Assembly: GCF_009914755.1 (NCBI RefSeq)
Contig: NC_060939.1
Origin: the human T2T-CHM13v2.0 reference genome, Homo sapiens
Strand: one strand, 5' to 3'
DNA: 64,000 nucleotides
The stretch's first letter is position 1. Each line of letters begins with the position of its first letter. The notes under the pieces are model-generated. The model did not search any database. It worked only from the letters and a program-made list of their open reading frames with translations, and was not told the origin of the DNA. The translations under genes and the position numbers were made by a program. Positions 1 to 11,800 of the stretch are shown here, piece after piece.

Positions 1-3000
1 ATTGTGAGAGATCTCGTCAATGATTACCCAAGGGATGTAACCGTTGTCTAGGCTTTGCATACAGGGGGCTTTGTGACATACCTTTGCACTGATCACCCAG
101 GTGATGTAACACATCTAAGTTCGGCCTAAAGGAGCTTTGTGACATATCTCTGCACTGATCACTTAGGTGATGTAACACTTTTATAATCACTGCCTACAGG
201 GAATTTTGACAAATCTCTACACTGATCACCTAGGTGATGTAACTCTTGTCTACCCTCTGTCCAACGGGGCATTGTGAAATATCTCTGCACTGATCACCCA
301 GGTGATTCAACTCCTGACTAGGAACTGACTACAGAGGTTATTGTGAAATATCTCTGCACTGATAAACTAGGTGGTGTAACCCTTGTCCAAGCTCTGCCTA
401 CAGGGGCGTTTCCACATATCCCTGAACTGATGACAGAGGTGATGTAACTCTTGCCTAGGCTTTGCCTACAGGGAACATTGGACATATATCTGCACTGATC
501 ACCCAGGTGATGCAACTCTTGCCTAGGCTTTGCCTACAGGGGACATTGTGACATATCTCTTCAATGATCACTCATGTGATGCATCTCTTGCCTAGGCTTT
601 GCCTACAGGGGACATTGTGACATATCTCTGCACTGATTTCCCAGGTGTTGTAACTTTAGTCTAGGCTCTGGCTACACGGCATTGTGACATATCACTGCAC
701 TGATCAACCAGGTGATATAACTCTTGTATAGGCTCTGCCTACAGGGGGATTTTGACCTACCTCTGCACTGATCACCCAGGTGATATAACTCTTCTCTAGG
801 ATCTTCCTACAGGGTACTTTGTGACATATTCCTGCACTGATCACCCAGGTGATCTATCTCTGGTCTAAGCTCTGCCTAAAGGGGCATTGTGACAGATCTC
901 TGCACTGATCACTCTGGTGATGTAAGTATTGTCTAGGCTCTGCTTCAAGGGGCCTTGTCACATATCTCTGCACTGATCACCCAGGTGATGTAACTCTTGT
1001 CTAGGCTCTGCTTCCAGGGCATATTGTGACATATCTATGCACTGATCACCTTAGTGATGTAACACTTTGGTAGGCTCGGCCTACAGGGGAATCTTGACAT
1101 ATCTCTGCACTGTTAACCGAGGTGATTTAACTCTTGTCTAGGCTGTGCCCACAGGGGGATTGAGACATATCTCTGCACTGATCCCGAGGTGATACAATTC
1201 TTGCCTGGTCTCTGCCTACTGTGGACATTGGGACATATCGCTGCACTGATCTCCCAGGTGCTGTAACTTTAGTCTAGGCTCTGGCTACACGGCATTGTGA
1301 CATATCACTGCACTGATCACCCAGGCGATATAACTCTTCTCTAGGATCTGACCACAGGGTGCTTTGTGACATATCCCTGCAATGATCACCCAGGTGATAT
1401 ACCACTTGCCTAGGCTCTGCCTACAGGGGCATTGCAATGTATCTCTGCACTGATCACCTAGGTCTTGTAGCTATTTTCCAGGATCTGCCTACAGGGTGCT
1501 TTGTGACGTGTCCCAGCAAGGATTACCCAGGTGATGTACCTCTCATCAAGGCTCTGCCTACAGGCACATTGTGATGTATCTCTGCACTGATCACCTAGGT
1601 CATGTAAATTTTGTCTAGGCTCTACCTACGATGGCATTGTGACATATCTCTGCACTAATCATCCAAGTGATGTAACTCTTGTCTAGGATGTGCCTAAATT
1701 AACTTTTTGACATAACCCTGTACTGATCATCCAGGTGATGGAGCTTTTGTCTAGGCTCTGCCTAAGGGGGCATTGTGACATATTTCTGCATTGATCACCC
1801 AGGTGGCGAACTCTTCTCTCGGATCTGCCTATGGGGGCATTGTGAGAAATCTGTGCACTGATAACCCAGGTGATGTAACTGTTGTGTAAGCTCTGCCTAC
1901 AGGGGAATTGTGAGAGATCTCGTCACTGATTACACAAGTGATGTAACCGTTGTCTAGGCTTTGCATACAGGGGGCTTTGTGACATACCTTTGCACTGATC
2001 ACCCAGGTGATGTAACACATCTAAGTTCGGCCTAAAGGAGCTTTGTGACATATCTCTGTACTGATCACTTAGGTGATGTAACACTTTTATAATCACTTCC
2101 TACAGGGAATTTTGACAAATCTCTGCTCTGATCACCTAGGTGATGTAACACTTGTCTCCCCTCTGTCCAACGGGGCATTGTGAAATATCTCTGCACTGAT
2201 CACCCAGGTGATTCAACTCTTGACTAGGAACTGCCTACAGAGGTTATTGTGAAATATCTCTGCACTGATAAACTAGGTGGTGTAAACCTTTTCCAAGCGC
2301 TGCCTACAGGGGTGTGTCCACATATCCCTGAACTGATGACAAAGGTGATGTAACTCTGGCCTAGGCTTTGCCTACAGGGTACATTGGACATATATCTGCA
2401 CTGATAACCCAGGTGATGCAACTCTTGCCTAGGCTTTGCCTACAGGGGACATTGTGACATATCTCTTCAATGATCACTCATGTGATGCATCTCTTGCCTA
2501 GGCTTTGCCTACCGGGGACATTGTGACATATCTCTGCACTGATCTCCCAGGTGCTGTAACTTTAGTCTAGGCTCTGGCTACACGGCATTGTGACATATCA
2601 CTGCACTGATCAACCAGGTGATATAACTCTTGTATAGGCTCTGCCTACAGGGGGATTGTGACCTACCTCTGCACTGATCACCCAGGTGATATAACTCTTC
2701 TCTAGGATCTTCCTACAGTGTACTTTGTGACATATCCCTGCACTGATCACCCAGGTGATCTATCTCTGGTCTAAGCTCTGCCTAAAGGGGCATTGTGACA
2801 GATCTCTGCACTGATCACTCAGGTGATGTAAGTATTGTCTAGGCTCTGCTTCAAGGGGCCTTGTCACATATCTCTGCACTGATCACCCAGGTGATGTAAC
2901 TCTTGTCTAGGCTCTGCTTCCAGGGCATATTGTGACATATCTATGCACTGATCACCTTAGTGATGTAACACTTTGGTAGGCTCGGCCTACACGGGAATCT

Positions 3001-6000
3001 TGACATATATCTGCACTGTTAACCGAGGTGATTTAACTCTTGTCTAGGCTGTGCCCACAGGGGTATTGAGACATATCTCTGCACTGATCCCGAGGTGATA
3101 CAACTCTTGCCTGGTCTCTGCCTACTGTGGACATTGTGACATATCTCTGCACTGATCTCTCAGGTGCTGTAACTTTAGTCTAGGCTCTGGCTACACGGCA
3201 TTGTGACATATCACTGCACTGATCACCCAGGCGATATAACTCTTCTCTAGGATCTGACCACAGGGTGCTTTGTGACATATCCCTGCAATGATCACCCAGG
3301 TGATATACCACTTGCCAAGGCTCTGCCTACAGGGGCATTGCAATGTATCTCTGCACTGATCACCTAGGTCTTGTAGCTATTTTCTAGGATCTGCCTACAG
3401 GGTGCTTTGTGACGTGTCCCAGCAAGGATTACCCAGGTGATGTACCTCTCATCAAGGTTCTGCCTACAGGCACATTGTGATGTATCTCTGCACTGATCAC
3501 CTAGGTCATGTAACTTTTTTCTAGGCTCTACCTACGATGGCATTGTGACATATCTCTGCACTAATCATCCAAGTGATGTAACTCTTGTCTAGGATGTGCC
3601 TAAATTAACTTTTTGACATAACCCTGTACTGATCATCCAGGTGATGGAGCTTTTGCCTAGGCTCTGCCTAAGGGGGCATTGTGACGTATTTCTGCATTGA
3701 TCACCCAGGTGGCGAACTCTTCTCTCGGATCTGCCTATGGGGGCATTGTTAGAAATCTCTGCACTGATCACTCAGGTGATGTAACTGTTGTGTAACCTCT
3801 GCCTACAGGGGAATTGTGAGAGATCTCGTCAATGATTACCCAAGGGATGTAACCGTTGTCTAGGCTTTGCATACAGGGGGCTTTGTGACATACCTTTGCA
3901 CTGATCACCCAGGTGATGTAACACATCTAAGTTCGGCCTAAAGGAGCTTTGTGACATATCTCTGCACTGATCACTTAGGTGATGTAACACTTTTATAATC
4001 ACTGCCTACAGGGAATTTTGACAAATCTCTGCACTGATCACCTAGGTGATGTAACTCTTGTCTACCCTCTGTCCAACGGGGCATTGTGAAATATCTCTGC
4101 ACTGATCACCCAGGTGATTCAACTCCTGACTAGGAACTGCCTACAGAGGTTATTGTGAAATATCTCTGCACTGATAAACTAGGTGGTGTAACCCTTGTCC
4201 AAGCTCTGCCTACAGGGGCGTTTCCACATATCCCTGAACTGATGACAGAGGTGATGTAACTCTTGCCTAGGCTTTGCCTACAGGGAACATTGGACATATA
4301 TCTGCACTGATCACCCAGGTGATGCAACTCTTGCCTAGGCTTTGCCTACAGGGGACATTGTGACATATCTCTTCAATGATCACTCATGTGATGCATCTCT
4401 TGCCTAGGCTTTGCCTACAGGGGACATTGTGACATATCTCTGCACTGATTTCCCAGGTGTTGTAACTTTAGTCTAGGCTCTGGCTACACGGCATTGTGAC
4501 ATATCACTGCACTGATCAACCAGGTGATATAACTCTTGTATAGGCTCTGCCTACAGGGGGATTTTGACCTACCTCTGCACTGATCACCCAGGTGATATAA
4601 CTCTTCTCTAGGATCTTCCTACAGGGTACTTTGTGACATATTCCTGCACTGATCACCCAGGTGATCTATCTCTGGTCTAAGCTCTGCCTAAAGGGGCATT
4701 GTGACAGATCTCTGCACTGATCACTCTGGTGATGTAAGTATTGTCTAGGCTCTGCTTCAAGGGGCCTTGTCACATATCTCTGCACTGATCACCCAGGTGA
4801 TGTAACTCTTGTCTAGGCTCTGCTTCCAGGGCATATTGTGACATATCTATGCACTGATCACCTTAGTGATGTAACACTTTGGTAGGCTCGGCCTACAGGG
4901 GAATCTTGACATATCTCTGCACTGTTAACCGAGGTGATTTAACTCTTGTCTAGGCTGTGCCCACAGGGGGATTGAGACATATCTCTGCACTGATCCCGAG
5001 GTGATACAATTCTTGCCTGGTCTCTGCCTACTGTGGACATTGGGACATATCGCTGCACTGATCTCCCAGGTGCTGTAACTTTAGTCTAGGCTCTGGCTAC
5101 ACGGCATTGTGACATATCACTGCACTGATCACCCAGGCGATATAACTCTTCTCTAGGATCTGACCACAGGGTGCTTTGTGACATATCCCTGCAATGATCA
5201 CCCAGGTGATATACCACTTGCCTAGGCTCTGCCTACAGGGGCATTGCAATGTATCTCTGCACTGATCACCTAGGTCTTGTAGCTATTTTCCAGGATCTGC
5301 CTACAGGGTGCTTTGTGACGTGTCCCAGCAAGGATTACCCAGGTGATGTACCTCTCATCAAGGCTCTGCCTACAGGCACATTGTGATGTATCTCTGCACT
5401 GATCACCTAGGTCATGTAAATTTTGTCTAGGCTCTACCTACGATGGCATTGTGACATATCTCTGCACTAATCATCCAAGTGATGTAACTCTTGTCTAGGA
5501 TGTGCCTAAATTAACTTTTTGACATAACCCTGTACTGATCATCCAGGTGATGGAGCTTTTGTCTAGGCTCTGCCTAAGGGGGCATTGTGACATATTTCTG
5601 CATTGATCACCCAGGTGGCGAACTCTTCTCTCGGATCTGCCTATGGGGGCATTGTGAGAAATCTGTGCACTGATAACCCAGGTGATGTAACTGTTGTGTA
5701 AGCTCTGCCTACAGGGGAATTGTGAGAGATCTCGTCACTGATTACACAAGTGATGTAACCGTTGTCTAGGCTTTGCATACAGGGGGCTTTGTGACATACC
5801 TTTGCACTGATCACCCAGGTGATGTAACACATCTAAGTTCGGCCTAAAGGAGCTTTGTGACATATCTCTGTACTGATCACTTAGGTGATGTAACACTTTT
5901 ATAATCACTTCCTACAGGGAATTTTGACAAATCTCTGCTCTGATCACCTAGGTGATGTAACACTTGTCTCCCCTCTGTCCAACGGGGCATTGTGAAATAT

Positions 6001-8800
6001 CTCTGCACTGATCACCCAGGTGATTCAACTCTTGACTAGGAACTGCCTACAGAGGTTATTGTGAAATATCTCTGCACTGATAAACTAGGTGGTGTAAACC
6101 TTTTCCAAGCGCTGCCTACAGGGGTGTGTCCACATATCCCTGAACTGATGACAAAGGTGATGTAACTCTGGCCTAGGCTTTGCCTACAGGGTACATTGGA
6201 CATATATCTGCACTGATAACCCAGGTGATGCAACTCTTGCCTAGGCTTTGCCTACAGGGGACATTGTGACATATCTCTTCAATGATCACTCATGTGATGC
6301 ATCTCTTGCCTAGGCTTTGCCTACCGGGGACATTGTGACATATCTCTGCACTGATCTCCCAGGTGCTGTAACTTTAGTCTAGGCTCTGGCTACACGGCAT
6401 TGTGACATATCACTGCACTGATCAACCAGGTGATATAACTCTTGTATAGGCTCTGCCTACAGGGGGATTGTGACCTACCTCTGCACTGATCACCCAGGTG
6501 ATATAACTCTTCTCTAGGATCTTCCTACAGTGTACTTTGTGATATATCCCTGCACTGATCACCCAGGTGATCTATCTCTGGTCTAAGCTCTGCCTAAAGG
6601 GGCATTGTGACAGATCTCTGCACTGATCACTCAGGTGATGTAAGTATTGTCTAGGCTCTGCTTCAAGGGGCCTTGTCACATATCTCTGCACTGATCACCC
6701 AGGTGATGTAACTCTTGTCTAGGCTCTGCTTCCAGGGCATATTGTGACATATCTATGCACTGATCACCTTAGTGATGTAACACTTTGGTAGGCTCGGCCT
6801 ACACGGGAATCTTGACATATATCTGCACTGTTAACCGAGGTGATTTAACTCTTGTCTAGGCTGTGCCCACAGGGGTATTGAGACATATCTCTGCACTGAT
6901 CCCGAGGTGATACAACTCTTGCCTGGTCTCTGCCTACTGTGGACATTGTGACATATCTCTGCACTGATCTCTCAGGTGCTGTAACTTTAGTCTAGGCTCT
7001 GGCTACACGGCATTGTGACATATCACTGCACTGATCACCCAGGCGATATAACTCTTCTCTAGGATCTGACCACAGGGTGCTTTGTGACATATCCCTGCAA
7101 TGATCACCCAGGTGATATACCACTTGCCAAGGCTCTGCCTACAGGGGCATTGCAATGTATCTCTGCACTGATCACCTAGGTCTTGTAGCTATTTTCTAGG
7201 ATCTGCCTACAGGGTGCTTTGTGACGTGTCCCAGCAAGGATTACCCAGGTGATGTACCTCTCATCAAGGTTCTGCCTACAGGCACATTGTGATGTATCTC
7301 TGCACTGATCACCTAGGTCATGTAACTTTTTTCTAGGCTCTACCTACGATGGCATTGTGACATATCTCTGCACTAATCATCCAAGTGATGTAACTCTTGT
7401 CTAGGATGTGCCTAAATTAACTTTTTGACATAACCCTGTACTGATCATCCAGGTGATGGAGCTTTTGCCTAGGCTCTGCCTAAGGGGGCATTGTGACGTA
7501 TTTCTGCATTGATCACCCAGGTGGCGAACTCTTCTCTCGGATCTGCCTATGGGGGCATTGTTAGAAATCTCTGCACTGATCACTCAGGTGATGTAACTGT
7601 TGTGTAACCTCTGCCTACAGGGGAATTGTGAGAGATCTCGTCAATGATTACCCAAGGGATGTAACCGTTGTCTAGGCTTTGCATACAGGGGGCTTTGTGA
7701 CATACCTTTGCACTGATCACCCAGGTGATGTAACACATCTAAGTTCGGCCTAAAGGAGCTTTGTGACATATCTCTGCACTGATCACTTAGGTGATGTAAC
7801 ACTTTTATAATCACTGCCTACAGGGAATTTTGACAAATCTCTGCACTGATCACCTAGGTGATGTAACTCTTGTCTACCCTCTGTCCAACGGGGCATTGTG
7901 AAATATCTCTGCACTGATCACCCAGGTGATTCAACTCCTGACTAGGAACTGCCTACAGAGGTTATTGTGAAATATCTCTGCACTGATAAACTAGGTGGTG
8001 TAACCCTTGTCCAAGCTCTGCCTACAGGGGCGTTTCCACATATCCCTGAACTGATGACAGAGGTGATGTAACTCTTGCCTAGGCTTTGCCTACAGGGAAC
8101 ATTGGACATATATCTGCACTGATCACCCAGGTGATGCAACTCTTGCCTAGGCTTTGCCTACAGGGGACATTGTGACATATCTCTTCAATGATCACTCATG
8201 TGATGCATCTCTTGCCTAGGCTTTGCCTACAGGGGACATTGTGACATATCTCTGCACTGATTTCCCAGGTGTTGTAACTTTAGTCTAGGCTCTGGCTACA
8301 CGGCATTGTGACATATCACTGCACTGATCAACCAGGTGATATAACTCTTGTATAGGCTCTGCCTACAGGGGGATTTTGACCTACCTCTGCACTGATCACC
8401 CAGGTGATATAACTCTTCTCTAGGATCTTCCTACAGGGTACTTTGTGACATATTCCTGCACTGATCACCCAGGTGATCTATCTCTGGTCTAAGCTCTGCC
8501 TAAAGGGGCATTGTGACAGATCTCTGCACTGATCACTCTGGTGATGTAAGTATTGTCTAGGCTCTGCTTCAAGGGGCCTTGTCACATATCTCTGCACTGA
8601 TCACCCAGGTGATGTAACTCTTGTCTAGGCTCTGCTTCCAGGGCATATTGTGACATATCTATGCACTGATCACCTTAGTGATGTAACACTTTGGTAGGCT
8701 CGGCCTACAGGGGAATCTTGACATATCTCTGCACTGTTAACCGAGGTGATTTAACTCTTGTCTAGGCTGTGCCCACAGGGGGATTGAGACATATCTCTGC
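1..8800 (+). repeat. Super-HOR: alternating A/B HOR dimer, period 3812 bp
   Basis: A copies (292, 4104, 7916) carry AACTCCTGAC and GATTTCCCAGGTGTTG. B copies (2198, 6010) carry TTCCAAGCGC, GGTGTGTCCA and CTACCGGGGA. ORF pairs 1829/5641, 2224/6036 and 3589/7401 translate identically at 3812 spacing. Confidence 0.88.
292..2197 (+). repeat. Canonical HOR unit: 28 monomers, 1906 bp (reference copy)
   Basis: Monomer starts m1-m28: 292, 361, 429, 497, 566, 635, 702, 770, 839, 907, 975, 1044, 1112, 1180, 1248, 1315, 1384, 1452, 1521, 1589, 1657, 1725, 1793, 1860, 1928, 1997, 2063, 2130; m1 recurs at 2198. The ORF track repeats at the same 1906 spacing (318, 2224, 4130, 6036, 7942). Confidence 0.95.
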
Positions 8801-11800
8801 ACTGATCCCGAGGTGATACAACTCTTGCCTGGTCTCTGCCTACTGTGGACATTGTGACATATCTCTGCACTGATCTCCCAGGTGCTGTAACTTTAGTCTA
8901 GGCTCTGGCTACACGGCATTGTGACATATCACTGCACTGATCACCCAGGCGATATAACTCTTCTCTAAGATCTGACCACAGGGTGCTTTGTGACATATCC
9001 CTGCAATGATCACTCAGGTGATATACCACTTGCCAAGCTTCTGCCTACAGGGGCATTGCAATGTATCTCTGCACTGATCACCTAGGTCTTGTAGCTATTT
9101 TCTAGGATCTGCCTACAGGGTGCTTTGTGACGTGTCCCAGCAAGGATTACCCAGGTGATGTACCTCTCATCAAGGCTCTGCCTACAGGCACATTGTGATG
9201 TATCTCTGCACTGATCACCTAGGTCATGTAATTTTTTTATAGGCTCTACCTACGATGGCATTGTGACATATCTCTGCACTAATCATCCAAGTGATGTAAA
9301 TCTGGTCTAGGATGTGTATAAATTAACTTTTTGACATAACCCTGTACTGATCATCCAGGTGATGGAGCTTTTGTCTAGGCTCTGCCTAAGGGGGCATTGT
9401 GACATATTTCTGCATTGATCCCGCAGGCGGCGAACTCTTCTCTCGGATCTGCCTATGGGGGCATTGTGAGAAATCTCTGCACTGATAACCCAGGTGATGT
9501 AACTGTTGTGTAACCTCTGCCTACAGGGGAATTGTGAGAGATCTCGTCACTGATTACCCAAGTGATGTAACCGTTGTCTAGGCTTTGCATACAAGGGGCT
9601 TTGTGACATACCTTTGCACTGATCACCCAGGTGATGTAACACATCTAAGTTCGGCCTAAAGGAGCTTTGTGACATATCTCTGCACTGATCACTTAGGTGA
9701 TGTAACACTTTTATAATCACTTCCTACAGGGAATTTTGACAAATCTCTGCACTGATCACCTAGGTGATGTAACTCTTGTCTACCCTCTGTCCAACGGGGC
9801 ATTGTGAAATATCTCTGCACTGATCACCCAGGTGATTCAACTCTTGACTAGGAACTGCCTACAGAGGTTATTGTGAAATATCTCTGCACTGATCAACAGG
9901 GTGGTGTAAACCTTGTCCAAGCGCTGCCTACCGGGGCGTTTCCACATATCCCTGAACTGATGACAAAGGTGATGTAACTCTTGCCTAGGCTTTGCCAACA
10001 GGGAACATTGGACATATATCTGCACTGATCACCCAGGTGATGCAACTCTTGCCTTGGCTTTGCCTACAGGGGACATCGTGACATATCTCTTCAATGATCT
10101 CTCATGTGATGCATCTCTTGCCTAGGCTTTGCCTACAGGGGACATTGTGACATATCTCTGCACTGATCTCCCAGGTGCTGTAACTTTAGTCTAGGCTCTG
10201 GCTACACGGCATTGTGACATATCACTGCACTGATCAACCAGGTGATATAACTCTTGTATAGGCTCTGCCTACAGGGGGATTGTGACCTACCTCTGCACTG
10301 ATCACCCAGGTGATATAACTCTTCTCTAGGATCTGCCTACAGGGTACTTTGTGACATATCCCTGCACTGATCACCCAGGTGATCTAACTCTGGTCTAAGC
10401 TCTGCCTAAAGGGGCATTGTGACAGATCTCTGCACTGATCACTCTGGTGATGTAAGTATTTTCTAGGCTCTGCTTCAAGGGACCTTGTCATATATCTCTG
10501 CACTGATCACCCAGGTGATGTAACTCTTGTCTAGGCTCTGCTTCCAGGGCATATTGTGACATATCTATGCACTGATCACCTTAGTGATGTAACACTTTGG
10601 TAGGCTCGGCCTACAGGGGAATCTTGACATATCTCTGCACTGTTAACCGAGGTGATTTAACTCTTGTCTAGGCTGTGCCCACAGGGGGATTGAGACATAT
10701 CTCTGCACTGATCCCGAGGTGATACAACTCTTGCCTGGTCTCTGCCTACTGTGGACATTGTGACATATCTCTGCACTGATCTCCCAGGTGCTGTAACTTC
10801 AGTCTAGGCTCTGGCTACACGGCATTGTGACATATCACTGCACTGATCACCCAGGCGATATAACTCTTCTCTAGGATCTGACCACAGGGTGCTTTGTGAC
10901 ATATCACTGCAATGATCACCCAGGTGATATACCACTTGCCAAGGCTCTGCCTACAGGGGCATTGCAATGTATCTCTGCACTGACCACCTAGGTCTTGTAG
11001 CAATTTTCTAGGATCTGCATACAGGGTGCTTTGTGACGTGTCCCAGCAAGGATTACCCAGGTGATGTACCTCTCATCAAGGCTCTGCCTACAGGCACATT
11101 GTGATGTATCTCTGCACTGATCACCTAGGTCATGTAAATTTTGTCTAGGCTCTACCTACGGTGGCATTGTGACATATCTCTGCACTAATCATCCAAGTGA
11201 TGTAACTCTTGTGTAGGATGTGCCGAAATTAACTTTTTGACATAACCCTGTACTGATCATCCAGGTGATGGAGCTTTTGTCTAGGCTCTGCCTAAGGGGG
11301 CATTGTGACATATTTCTGCATTGATCTCCCAGGTGGCGAACTCTTCTCTCGGATCTGCCTATGGGGGCATTGTGAGAAATCTCTGCACTGATCACCCAGG
11401 TGATGTAACTGTTGTGTAACCTCTGCCTACAGGGGAATGGTGAGAGATCTCGTCACTGATTACCCAAGTGATGTAACCGTTGTCTAGGCTTTGCATACAG
11501 GGGGCTTTGTGACATACCTTTGCACTGATCACCCAGGTGATGTAACACATCTAAGTTCGGCCTAAAGGAGCTTTGTGACATATCTCTGCACTGATCGCTT
11601 AGGTGATGTAACACTTTTATAATCACTGCCTACAGGGAATTTTGACAAATCCCTGCACTGATCACCTAGGTGATGTAACTCCTGTCTACCCTCTGTCCAA
11701 CGGGGCATTGTGAAATACCTCTGCAGTGATCACCCAGGTGATTCAACTCTTGACTAGGAACTGGCTACAGAGGTTATTGTGAAATATCTCTGCACTGATA

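Noticed and set aside
1696-1710. AT-rich patch AAATTAACTTTTTGA once per HOR, and TTTTATAAT in m27, as promoter or TATA-like signals
   Set aside because: These are short diverged monomer segments with no supporting promoter context or downstream gene.
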